The position numbers and the translations under genes are program-made. Shown one piece after another: positions 26,134-39,700 of a stretch of DNA of 64,000 nucleotides; positions within the stretch are counted from its first letter, which is position 1, and every line of letters starts with the position of its first letter. Source of the stretch: Gordius albopunctatus (lineage: Eukaryota); assembly GCA_964276515.1 (NCBI GenBank), contig OZ193910.1, positions 6,386,001 through 6,450,000 of the forward strand, in the 5' to 3' direction. The notes beneath the pieces are model-generated. The model did no database searches. It had not been told where the DNA came from and saw nothing but the letters and a program-made list of their open reading frames with translations.

Positions 26134-29125
26134 TTTAATTGGTATGCAATTTATGGGCTCGTTTTTTGGTGTCCATTGTCCGTCCGTCCGTTAGTTACCC
26201 TTCAATTTATTTACACCAGCTTCCCGACCTTAGGTTCGTGTTCAATCCCGGGAGAGGATAAAATTTTTTGTATTTTATTTAAATTAAATTAATATTTTGT
26301 TCTTGTAAATACCATGGATAATATGACTTTTTGACCGTCCGCTGGCTGATGACCAATGAAAAAAATGACCATTGGCCAAATAAATCGAATTTTTTTCGTT
26401 TTTGAATTGGGTAACATTGATAATTACCCTATGGCCTCTTCTACAAGGGCCTATGCCTCTACTGATATGGGTCCCTGTGCCCCTACAAAAGCCTATGCCT
26501 CTATTAATGTGGGTTCGAATCCCGGCGAACGTTCTGAATTGCTGGTTCGAATCCCGGAGAGGGCAATTTTTATTTTATTTTAAATTAATATATTGTTCTT
26601 GTTAATACCACTGATAATATGACTTTTTGACCGTGTTCTGACTACTGACCAATTAAAAAAATGACCATTGGCCAAAATGTGATTCGAAATTTTTTTTTCG
26701 TTTTTGAATTGGTATATTAGGTTAACATTGATAATTACCCTGTGGCCTGTGCCCTCCACTACAAGGGCCTATGCCTCTACTGATATGGGTCCCTGTGCCC
26801 CTACAAAGGCTTATTCCTCTACTGATGTGGGTTCGAATCTCGGAGAAGGCAGAATTTTTATTTTTTTTAAATTAAATTAATATATTGTTCTTGTTAATAC
26901 CATTAATAATATGGCTTTTTGACCATGCTCTGGCTACTGACCAATGGAAAAAATGACCATTGGCCAAAATGTAAATCGAAATTTTTTTTCGTTTTTTTTG
27001 ACTCGTATGTATTTATAGACCGTCTCTGGGTACTGACCAATGGGAAAAAATGACCATTGGCCATAATGTGATGCGAAATTTTTTTTTCGTTTTTTTTGAC
27101 TCGTATGTATTTATAGACCGTCTCTGGGTACTGATCAATGGAAAAAATGACCATTGGCCAAATTGAGATTTTATTAATTTAATAAGTTTTATTTAATCGA
27201 ACTTTGACACAAAATTTACCCCCCCCCCTTCCCCCTTAATTATATATTTATTTTTGGGTAATTTTTCCTGCTGACCCGACAGGAAAAAAGGGCGGGTTTA
27301 TTATAATTCATTAACATCCTTTCACGTTAGTATATTTTTATAACTTTATTATTAATAGCATGAGTATATAATTATTATGAAAACTCAATTAAGACTATTA
27401 AATTATGCTTATAATTTTATATAATATATAATACAAATATTTTACATTTAAATTTTATAACTAATATGTTTTACTCTAAATGCAAAATTTTTAGGCATAT
27501 TTATGTAATAATTATATAGTAGTCAATTTTTTAAATTTGTTTTAGTAAAAATACTTTGTGATCATATTTAAATAATAAATATCTTATTCTCATGTTTATT
27601 TCATAATCACGAGAAGAGTAAGTGGCTTTTGATTTTTTTAAAATTTTTGATCATGGGGGACAGGTTGCGTTATTTTTTATTAAATTTTTAATATATTTAT
27701 TAACTATCCAAATATTTTAAAATATTCGTGAGAGTGAAGTTTGCTTCAAAAATTCATCCCTCCACCCGATAAAGAAACTCCAAAGTTTTCATTATGTATT
27801 CGAAAAAATGATGTACTTTGAAAATTAAAAACGGTATTCATGGGCGTAGCCTGGATTGTTCTTTTTATGCGCCTATATCTTCTGACAACGCTGAGTTAAT
27901 AGAGCGAAAAACGTTTGTTATTTTTTAGTCGCTTTTGATGATTTGAAAGGAGGAGTTTTAAATTAGTTTAAAACACTTATTAATTATGTTTGTAACAAAG
28001 TTTAATTTTGATAATTTTCTTATGTATCCTTAATGCAGGGCTCCGTCTCCCCTCCCCTCCACGATTGTATGCGTACTAATTATAGAGCGTAAATATTATC
28101 CGCGAGTTCTTATCGATAACCCAATAATAGGTTATGTTGTCGTGACCTTGCTAATTTATAAAAAAAACAACTAATCATAAAGCTTAACCCTCCACTCCCT
28201 CCCTCCCCCTTTAAATCGATATTTTGCATATACTGAGGTTATTTATTTAGTTATATTTATCGCACGTGTATTAGCAATAATCAGATAGTTACTAGCAATT
28301 ATGCATTTTACCGACTTAACATACAGCTGATTTTTGGATTTTTATGGAATTTTAAGGATTTATAATAACTTGAACTTACTCCCCTACATGTTTCCTCTCC
28401 CCCTTTTTTATCTAATATTATATTTATTTATAAGATTTACATTGGTTGTTAAATGGTATGCATTTCATAAAAAACCCAAATAATCTTTACATATTTATTT
28501 ATTTTAGGTGTTTTTTAGATTTAAAATTATAATCTATTATTTTTTAAACTATCATTAGTACTGAATAATGAACATTAATTTAATTTTCTTTTTCTTGTTA
28601 ATTCTCCATTTTATCTTTATCTATTTTTATTGCTATTAGTGTTTCGGTTACAAGCATTTGACTGCACTATTATATATATTAATTTATTTTAAGCTTATAG
28701 ACAATAATAATAATAAAAGGATAGGCTTATAAACATAGATATAATAAACATTAGCTTAAGCTCAATGTATTTAAATACTCATATCCCTTAGATTATTATA
28801 AATGTATCAAATACAACATGGAGTTTATCAATTAAATAACCTCAGGTTATAAGATTTACCAAAATTACATTTTAAAGGATAGGCTTATAAACAGATATTA
28901 TAAACATCAGCTTAAGCTCAATGTATTTAAATAATCATATCCCTTAGATTTTAATTTTTTTTCGCTTCGGAATTAGTTAACATTGATATTTACCCTATGC
29001 CCGTCAGTCCAATTATTTTGCATTTAATACCCCCCCCCCCCTATAGGCGATCTCACCCCTTCCCACCTTTCTCGCCCATAAATTGCATAGCAAATATTCT
29101 ACTTTTATACAGAGTATAGAAGAGT
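26134..29125 (+). mobile_element. Helentron/HINE (DINE-1-like) non-autonomous element with internal tandem repeats
   Basis: Begins in a T-run. Subterminal IR TTGGTATGCAATTTATGGGC (26139-26158) / GCCCATAAATTGCATAGCAA (29074-29093). (GTCC)n microsatellite at about 26178. Imperfect 3' hairpin at about 29097-29121. Tandem modules at 26260-27165. Confidence 0.55.
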
Positions 29126-29545
29126 TCCCCCTTCCCTTCCCTTCCCCCCTCCCCCTTCCCACGAGGGCCGAAGGCCCGAGTTATATTATTGTATCGCTCC
29201 GAAACCTGTGGTAAATAAAGATTCCCAGTCCCAACAGCGGCGTCGTGAAATCTACGCGGAGTTGCAGAAATATAAAATAACGGCTAACATCGACGCTTTT
29301 ATAACAAAATTTGAGCTATTCTTAAGGAGCAATAAGCCGGAGACAGATGAGCAAAAAGCAGCTCTATATTAACCAGCCTTGATGGGGAGGCATTCCAATT
29401 AATATTAGAAGATCATAGACCTCAAGAGTTGACAGGAATTAGATATGAAGAAGCTAAAAATCGGCTAAGAAAATTATTCCAGAAGAATTCATGCGCAAGG
29501 GCAAACAGGTATGAATTCTCAAAGGATCGACCCAACAGAGATAGC
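29126..29545 (+). pseudogene. Ty3/gypsy LTR end, PBS-like site and gag N-terminal fragment
   Basis: AATAAA...CCAACA LTR-like end at 29236, then a PBS-like CGGCGTC and frameshifted DAFITKFELFLRSN..DEQKAAL../LTSLDGEAFQLI..YEEAKNRLRKLF..RYEF, resembling Mag-group gag. Confidence 0.6.
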
Positions 29546-30286
29546 ATATTCGAGGCCGTGCTTTTACACCTTGTCTGTTTAGCCTTTCGTGTTATAAAAG
29601 CTCACAATTAGAAAAAATATTGTTCATAAATATATTTTCGGGAATTGTCGAGGGTGTTAAAAAATTATTGTACCTCCAAGAAACACGACACATGTCACCC
29701 CCCTTTATAATTTAGTTAATTTAATTTTTGTATATTAATTGCTATAATTTATTGTTATTAAATTGAGGCGGTGTTAAGCGACACCCTTTAGGCACAGCTG
29801 CAAAATTTTCTGCAATTTTAGGATTTTCTTAACGCCAAAAAAACAAATTATAAGCTTAAATCAGACAACAAATCATGTCATATTTTTTAGCAAAATGTTT
29901 AATCTTTTTGCTTAATTCCAATCATATATTTTAAAACATAGCAAATACAAAACGACGGAATTTTGTATGCATTTAGTTAGTAACCATCTAAAAATATGAT
30001 TTGCTTGTGTTTTATGTTTATTATATAAAAAAATAAAACAATAATAGAAAATCAATATATTATAGATAATTTAACAAATATAAATTATTATGAAAAAATA
30101 GGGGGCCGCAAAAAATATATAAAATATTTAGGGGGGGCGCGTGTATAAAAAAGTTAAAACAACTGATTTAAAACGCTTTAGCAATAGGCGTTTTTTGATC
30201 ATCAAATATTCAAAAATTTGTTTCAGTATTTTAAAATGATTTTGGGAGGAGCATTTTGAAATTTTAGCCTTTACTTAAAAACAATA

Positions 30287-31692
30287 TGGCCAATGGTCAT
30301 TTTTTTTATTAGTCAGAACCAAGAGACGGTCTATAAATACATACGTTTCAAAAAAAACGAAAAAAAATTTTGAATCACATTTTGGCCAATGGTCATTTTT
30401 TTCCATTGGTCAGTACCCAGAGACGGTCTATAAATACATACGAGTCAAAAAAAAGAAGAAAAAAAATTTGATTCACATTTTGGTCAATGGTCATCTTTTT
30501 ATTGGTTAGTAGCCAGCGGAAGGTCAAAAAGTCATATTATCAATGGTATTAACAAGAACAATATATTAATTTAATTTAAAAAAAATAAAAATTCTGCCCT
30601 CTCCGGGATTCGAACCCACATCAGTAAAGGCATAAGCCTTTGTAGGGACACAGAGACCCATATCAGTAGAGGCATAGACCCTTGTAGTGGAGGGCAAAGG
30701 TAAATCAATGTTAACCAATTCAAAAACGGAAAAAAAATTTCGATTTATACTTTGGCCAATGGTCATTTTTTTCAATGGTCAGTAGCCAGAACACGATCAA
30801 AAAGTCAGAATATCAATGGTATTTGTCGTATCCGTATATATTACCCCCCCCCCCCCCCCCGGATGCCAGATGGTTGAAATTTATACAACACTGGAACTCC
30901 TAAAACTCTATTACATTTAATTTCTAGTACGTATGTTACTTTCCCCCTCCCCCCACGCGCTTATACGTGTTTGTTATTTATTTCCCCCATATATATGATT
31001 GTTGATCAACATGAACACGCATCAGTGATTTTGATATACGCGTGTTATCGTATTGATAATTTTTATATCGATCATTATAATTTTTCTTCTTAGTTTTTAT
31101 AATTAATAAACTAAAATAACCGGCCATGTAAGGTTTAGTAAAATTAAGTATATCCTTATTCCGGCCCTATCCCCCCACCTCTTAATCCACCTATATCACC
31201 GCTCTTATATCTTTTAAAATGAAGATAGAAAAGTATTAACAAGAACAAAATATTAATTTAATTAAAAAAAATTTTTTTTTGACCTCTCCGGGTATCGAAC
31301 CAGCAATTTAGAACGTTCGCCGGGATTCGAACCCACATCATTAGAGGCATAGGCTTTTGTATGGGCACAGGGACCCATATCAGTAGAGGCATAGGCCCTT
31401 GTAGGGGAGGGCATAGGGTAATTATCAATGTTAACCAATTCAAAAACTAAAAAAAATTCGATTTATTTGGCCAATGGTCATTTTTTTATTGGTCAGTCTC
31501 AGTAGCTAGCGGAAGGTCAAAAAGTCATATTATCAATGTTTTTAACAAAGACAAAATATTAATTTAATTAAAAAATTTTTTTTCTCCTCTTCGGGGATTG
31601 AACTCGAATCTACAAGTCAGAAAGCCGGTGTAAATACATTGGAGGGTAACGGACACCAAAAAGCGAGCTTATAAATTGCATAGTAATTAAAA
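30287..31692 (-). mobile_element. inverted partial copy of the 26134 element (5' part with tandem modules)
   Basis: Reverse complement matches 26134-27165. ORF-track peptides at 26356/26402 (+) and 30566/31258 (-) are near-identical. An unrelated insert lies at about 30825-31230. Confidence 0.8.
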
Positions 31693-31826
31693 TATAACCC
31701 TCCCGGAAAGTTTAAATAAGGGAGCAAAAATATTTATAGAACCCCTGAATTTTATTATATAATTTTTGTTTCTGCCTTTTTATATCGAGTATTGGATCAA
31801 CCATCAATAAATATTTTGTGCCTTAA

Positions 31827-32335
31827 TTCTCCGTTAGTCGGGTCAAAATGCCAACACGGATAGTAAAGCTGGTCATGATGACCTCAAACTTTAAATTGCT
31901 ATAACTTGGTTGTTTTATAATGTAAACTTTTCAAATTTTGAAAGCAAAATATTTAAACTTTTATCAGTAATTTAATATATTTTTATAATTTTATCAAGTG
32001 GTTATAAATTTATATTCACAATCAGCACCACCCCCAAAATTCTTCCCTATGTGACTTATTTGGCTCATAACAAAAATAACTTTTTTAATTTTATGATTTA
32101 AATAATCCGGTCATATAAAATAAGGTTGGAACTATAAATGTAGAAAATTTGTCAGAAAAAAACCTTACAACAAAAAAAAACTATTTGATAAAAACAAGCA
32201 AAATTTTTCAGAGATTATCTAGGCTAAATTTTATTAAGCTACTGAAATAATTAAACCATAAAAATGACTAACTTCTTTTGTACACCATTTTTCAACTGCT
32301 TGGGGTAACCATGACCCTCCCTAACCTACGGAGTG
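31827..32335. mobile_element. possible piggyBac-like MITE
   Basis: TTAA at both flanks (31823-31826, 32336-32339) with imperfect TIR TTCTCCGTTAG / CCTACGGAGTG. Confidence 0.35.
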
Positions 32336-33714
32336 TTAAAGGGTTAGACTTTGAACTGGAATTAGTTCTTTTAAAGAAATCTAAAAGCTGAATATAACGG
32401 CTAATTATAAACTCCTAACTAGGGAATTTGGATTTGCCAACATGCCATCTGGACGCGCATTAGGTTTATCTTTTAACGAGTTCAATAAACTCTTTTCAAA
32501 CGCGTTTGCCTTTTACCTTACCTCAAATTGTTTTGGTTGTTGTCGAGACAGGGGATGAATGGTACAAGGTGTTAAAACTTTGAATAAACTGTTAATAAAA
32601 TATATGCGCATTTACCAAATTTTAGATAAGCTTTGCCGATTTATCTTGAATTCACAAAATGATTTAGAAAGAAGATTAAATCCCCTTAAGTAAACTTTTC
32701 ACATTGTTAAGTTAATTTTAAGTTTCCCTTTATGTCTTTCATTATAAAATAAAAAATTGTCATTTAAGAGTGTTTATTTAATTTAAAGAAAATTCGGCAT
32801 TGCGCCACCGATTTAATATTAGGAGAGGAGTGCGGAGACTACAGCCCGCCTATTTACTTTAATGTCGGCTTCCGTAATTTAAATGCATGGTAAATCCAAA
32901 AAAGAGGCATTAAAATTGACAGCAATCGAATTATATTAAGTTTTATACTCTAATTAACGTATATAAACCTTGTATTCAGCATTTTTTCTGGAAACCGTGA
33001 ACAAATCTCCATCTTCATTACAAAAAAATAATCACTCTTTGAAAGGTAAAGAGATTCTTTGTTCTTTCCCTATAAGGAACGTGTATGATCAGCGGAAATT
33101 CTGTTAGCTAGAATGGAGGGAGATCGATTTTTTACTCATATGCCATAATTAAGCGCAGAGGGAGATTCTAATGCTGCTGATCGAATTATTATTAAAGCTG
33201 GGAATCAACCGCTTGCTGTTTGCATATTTACTCTCCTCCTATCGATTCCAGAGAATTATGAAGAGGGAGTAGGAGGAACCAAGCAAAGAATCTAAGGCTA
33301 CATGGGTGGATGTTATCTATTTTTGAATTACGCAACGCGCACTTTTTCACCTTACGATTAACAAACTGGCGTAACAAACAGTTGTTCACTCGCGCTATCC
33401 TCGTACACGTTTACAATTACAACATTAAAAACTTTCCTCATATTCCTTTTTAATTCGAAAAAAGCAGGTGTTTGTGAGCAAAAATAGAAAAAACACCATA
33501 TAATTATGCCCATATTTTATCAAGGAGCTTTTTAAAAGATCAATTTAGTCACATTCGCTTTCACCGGTAGCATTATTTATAGCTTTAACATCATGAAACT
33601 CATTTAAATAATTAAGCCAACCTCCCAACTCCTAGGAATTTGCATTGTTATAATAAAAATTCCCTTTAAGGATTTTAAACGACAAGAAAAAAAGCTTATT
33701 CACATTTTCTCTTC

Positions 33715-36700
33715 ATGTCTGGTGAAATTTTAACTATCCGGATGATTCGAAGCGGAGATTCAGTTCCTTGGGGATTTCGATTGCAAGGTGGAACGGATTT
33801 TTCGATTCCATTATCTATCCAAAAAGTAATTAAGTCATCGTATAAATTAACTTTGTACATTTAACAATTATAATTTTCAATATCAATTTGACGTTAATTT
33901 CCTGATATCTCATTATTATTTTTGCAGATTTAAGATAAACTATATTTTATGGTTATCGTCATTATTTCCATCCATTAAATATTTTTTAGATGTTTTTAAT
34001 AGCTTTCATTTAATAGTCTTCCACCTCTATTTTTTTAATAATTTATATGTCTACCCCTTTCGAGGGCCTAGCCAATGGAAGGCAGGGAAAAGAGGCTGCC
34101 TGCCTTTAACCAAAAATTCTTGAAAAATTAATATAATTATGGCTTAAGTTTAAAAAACTATTATTTTGCCCCTTCTTAGATCATTATGGCCCTCTCTAGT
34201 TCTAAACCTGCCCTACTTTCATTTATTTTTTCAAACTATTTCACTTAAAATATAAAAAAAATTGACTTTCTCACATTAATATATCCTCAACTTATTTTCC
34301 TAGCTAGATAAATTACATGTACTCAAACCGGGTTGCTAAAAAATTTAAATTAACTTGAAAGGAACAAATGAATCATAATGTTGTTTCATAAATTCAATTA
34401 TTATTTAAAATGTTTTAATGACATTTTTTATAATATTATATAGCCATCCTTCAACCTATAAAATTCTTTTTCTTTCATAGTATTACCAACTATTTTCAGT
34501 TGACTCCAATCAAAATTCAATCAGAATTTTGTAGGTTTTAATTAGAAAAGGATATTTCTAAATAATCAGATTTTAGAATAATTTGGCCTTAAAGGCTAAT
34601 TTAGTTTTTCATTCTAACTTTTATATAATTACATAGATATAAAGAAAACTAGAGCTAGCATCCCCAAAAGTACTTTAGAATATACTTGTTTTTTTAAAGT
34701 AAAAATTAAATTAAGACTATGAAAATTCATAAACTTTATCGAAAAATCGTAAATAATTTTTACACGTCCACCCTCTTTTTTGACTTAGAATATTTTCGAT
34801 AATACTGATTATTATTTAACTCGGTCGCCTTTAGTTCAAATTGTCATCTACACCTTTTTCTCATGTTTTTAAAACGTGTTCCACCGTGTATTGTGCATGT
34901 AGGTCAACGAAGGTTCTATTGCAGAAAAAGCGGGACTATTTGCTTGTGACCACGTGCTCAAGATAAGTGGAAAGTCGGCAGATACATTGTCTCACAGACA
35001 GGCGCAAGAAGCTATCATAGCCTCCAGGAATGACCTAGAATTAACCGTTCAACGGTAGAATGATAACCGATGATATGATGTGTTACATTCCACCATTCTT
35101 TAATTAATTGTTGATACAAGCACAACCTATAACACCTACCACTCCGTTGGTCAGGTTTTACCCAAGATGTTTAAAATTAAGAAGAATTTAGAGGATCGTT
35201 CTAGTTATTGATACAAAAGTGTAACCACTATATAAAATAACGAAATTAATACAATAATTTAGGCTAGATAAATGCTGTAAATAATTCTTTAAAATATCAA
35301 TTTTTCATGGGCGTAGCCAGGTTTTCGATTAAGGGGGGGGGAAACGTTTTAAAGTTAAATTAGGGAGGGGCAAAACATAATTTTTCTAATTTTTAAGGGT
35401 TTTTGCATTGGAAAAATTTTTTTCGTCCCTCCCCCCCCCTGGCTACGCCAAGTGTTACATAAATTTCCTTAATGATCTCTAATCAATATATATCATAAGT
35501 AAGATATCAAAAAAATACATTTTTCGACCTAGAAAATGTATATAATATTCTATTTTACGGATATTTTAATAAAAATTTAGAATCAATAAATTTAAAATAG
35601 ACGCATTGTTCGAGGGGCACTATCTAAAAATGTTGTATATTTAAAATTGACACAGCGGTGCAATATCCGTTTGGAAACCACAAATGTTGGCTTGCGATGA
35701 CAAAGGGCAATCAGTCGTCAAGCATTCCTTAGCTCATCCAGAACGGGTAATCTTATCTATAAAAAATTGAAAACAATTAAAAATTTGGTAAAACCTTAAA
35801 TGCATTATTAGTCATCATAATAAAATAAAAATTTAAAAGCGCAGTTATTATTAAAAAAATATAATTGGCTCTCTTATTATCGCATATTTTACAGCTCAAA
35901 AGGAAAAAATAAAAAATTTATTGAAGAATCGCATTTTATAAAAAGTTTAATGCTCATAAGCTTAAATTTTTCGAATGCAATTTTTTAAATATAATTCTTA
36001 TAAACATATTGTTTTGTCCAGTAAAACTGTTTCGTCCGGTAACGATGGATGATGTTTGTCTTGGTCAATGGTTATGTTCAAGGGATTCTGTAACGTCAGG
36101 GTTGGAGTGATAGTTTTAGGGGATTTTGGCTCTTAATCCCGGTCGTTAAATATTGATGCCTTATATGTTTTCGGTTATATTGAGAGTGAACGTAGTCCAG
36201 AATCAATTTACAATAAGTGAACTTTATTTGATCTTTATATTCGATACAAGTCACGTCATAGTATACAATTAGCGTGGCAATTATAATTATCTTAGGGATG
36301 GTAGCGAGGAAGGGAATTTCGTAAAGCAATGACAAAATATATATAATAATAATAGTAGTATTTTAGACGTGAAGGGAATTTCGCAGGGGTTCGTAAGGTC
36401 AGAGAGGATACGGTAATTCCCCCAACGGGGAATTAACTGTAAAAATAAAAACAAACCTTTAATTAATTCTTTCTTACTCGAAACAGGGATTCTTATAATG
36501 ACCACCAGGTTTTCTAACCCCCGCCTGTTCCCTTTATTTATTACATTTACTTCTCTTTATCTACTAGGCCTTTTCCGGCCACATTTTAAGCTTATCTTTT
36601 CTTACATCTTTTTGAACTGCTTAATCTTGACCGCTCTCCTCACTATGAGAATACAATACTCAATCCCCTGCATAACTACACCTGCTCCCCCCTCCTTAAT

Positions 36701-39700
36701 CCATAATTAACTCAATTAATGAGGGAATCCTAACACCAAGGCAGGGGCATTTAGGGTACGGGTTGAGTTATTTCTTGTCCCGGTCCCGTGGGGACACGAC
36801 ACCTTCCTTTTTTTTAGACGAGGATTGCACATGCAGAGTCGCGAGTAAATGGAATCATACAAATAGGGGTTTATAAGAAGCGTAAAAGGGTGCTAATGTA
36901 TAATGTGTATCATTCGCTTCTGTCGAGTCTTTTCATCCTCTGTTTGAGATCCCCTTCGAATCTTCATGAGTAGACGAATGGATTAAATCGCATATTGAGA
37001 TCCAGTTATCAACCCAACGAACTGCTTATTTTTCATGTAACTTGATTCCTGTAAAAACTAACGAAAATTTGTCCCATATGTCATCAACCCTCTTATTAAA
37101 AATTACTTCTACCCCAATCAAATTAACACCTTTAATAAATTTAATCCATTTAAATTTATTTTATATTTCTAGCCCTAATAAGTTCCCGTTTTTGCCAGAT
37201 GCAAAATTAAATTTTTTACTGGTATTTCCCAGGGTTAAGCGCGCCTCATTGGCTCTACCAAGCGCACCTTTTCATTAATATGCGTATCTCTATCTTAGAT
37301 ACTGTATACAATCCCCGAATACCACTCGCAAAATAATCACTTTTGCTTATGATCGTTATAGAAGAACCTGTATCAAAAATAAAGGTTACGGGGCCATTAT
37401 TTAATTGTATTTCAAGGGTAGGGATTTTACCTAAAATTACATTGACAACATTTACTTCTAGTTCACGGTAAGGATCATTTTCTTTAATACTCTTTTTATC
37501 ATAATTTAGGAATTTTTCTTTCCATTTATTTCTACCCGCCTTTTCTAAGCTGCGACATTTTTGGCTTTTTATTGTTATTAAATTAACATCAATCTCCTTA
37601 ATTAAAAGAAACATAAAATTCGCCCATATCCTCCACATACACCCACACTCCAACTTAATGACCCGATTTTTATCCTTGGCATAGGCGTTCTCATCATTTA
37701 CTCGTCGAGCTAATTTTAAGGTGTCTAGAATTATTTCCCATTTAAACCCTTTTTTTAACATTTTAAACCTTCCCGTTTTACATATGTTTTCATTAACGTC
37801 CCTAGGTGTTGTTAACGATTCAACATACGCATAAGGATGCAAATAGTTATGATCACTAAATTCCGAAACATTGAAATTGGTAATATTACACCAATTAATT
37901 CGTAATCGCCCCAACATAAGTGGGATCGATTTTATATTATATAATGGAGGACCAGTACAGGAAGTTTGCCAGGGCTTGACATCGATTCCTCGCGCCTCAC
38001 GCCTACTAGCCTCGCTCCCGCGATTTATAATCTTTCCATAAATCATATGGTACTTGTCCTCCCTATATATGACATACCCCATTTTTAGAGTATTTTTAAT
38101 AATTAAGCTATCATGTAGCTTGATGTTTTCGGTGTGATCACATAATTTGTATTTTCGTCCTTTACATAATAAATTTACTTTAAAAGTAATGAATCGTCTA
38201 GAATTGGTTATTATTTTAACAATAATCCCAAAAATCCAAATCAAAAATATTCTCAACATTTTGATGATATTTTAATTCCCACAGACGTTATTCTCCCTTA
38301 ATTTTTCAAGTGGAATGGATTCTTTATAATTATATTATAATGTCTTTATTATTACAATTTTTAGCCCACGAGTATTGACCTAACGCTGCCTGTTGTTATC
38401 GGAGGATTAAATATGGGTATATATGTATGCGGATATATATGCGAATTTGGGGGGTAGAATTAAAATTATATTTATAATTCGTTATACTTTATAATGGTAA
38501 GAATAATTAAATATAAATTACTTTACATTAAATATAGTATTTACATATATAGTTACATTGGCGCCTATTGTCTTTTGTATTTCGGAAACTCAAAATTATT
38601 CTTGCAAAATTCCGCCCTGTGCCCTAATATCCCGCATTTCATGCACCTAGGATTTTTATAAGTGTTGAAATTATTTCTATGGGGTGGGGAATTGGGTATT
38701 ACTGGATTATATACAGTTCTATTATTACTACAATAAAAAATCAATGTACGTCGTATAATTTATCAAAGAGAACGCCTAATAGAAAAACTAGCAAAACATC
38801 AATATAAACATTCAGTTTCAACCATACTGATTCTAAATATATCCTAAGAGGAACTTTATTAAACATTTTAATAGAAGCTTTTTTGTTAAAATAGTTATAT
38901 TAAGTATTATTATAATTATTAAAAGAATAATAATTTTAAACATGTCATCGTTATTTGGTACCTTTATATTGCATCGGTTTTTGATAAGTCCCTTATTCGT
39001 AAGGTCGTGGGGTATCGCTTCCGGGGCACCACTGTTTTGTCCAGTAAAACTGTTTCGTCCGGTAACGATGGATGATGTTTGTCTTGGTCAATGGTTATGT
39101 TCAAGGGATTCTGTAACGTCAGGGTTGGAGTGATAGTTTTAGGGGATTTTGGCTCTTAATCCCGGTCGTTAAATATTGATGCCTTATATGTTTTCGGTTA
39201 TATTGAGAGTGAACGTAGTCCAGAATCAATTTACAATAAGTGAACTTTATTTGATCTTTATATTCGATACAAGTCACGTCATAGTATACAATTAGCGTGG
39301 CAATTATAATTATCTTAGGGATGGTAGCGAGGAAGGGAATTTCGTAAAGCAATGACAAAATATATATAATAATAATAGTAGTATTTTAGACGTGAAGGGA
39401 ATTTCGCAGGGGTTCGTAAGGTCAGAGAGGATACGGTAATTCCCCCAACGGGGAATTAACTGTAAAAATAAAAACAAACCTTTAATTAATTCTTTCTTAC
39501 TCGAAACAGGGATTCTTATAATGACCACCAGGTTTTCTAACCCCCGCCTGTTCCCTTTATTTATTACATTTACTTCTCTTTATCTACTAGGCCTTTTCCG
39601 GCCACATTTTAAGCTTATCTTTTCTTACATCTTTTTGAACTGCTTAATCTTGACCGCTCTCCTCACTATGAGAATACAATACTCAATCCCCTGCATAACT

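Noticed and set aside
26356..31443. ORFs MKKMTIGQ... and MNWVTL..., and possible tRNA genes at GGTTCGAATCC
   Set aside because: They come from the tandem modules of a repeat. No full cloverleaf or matching acceptor stem is seen.
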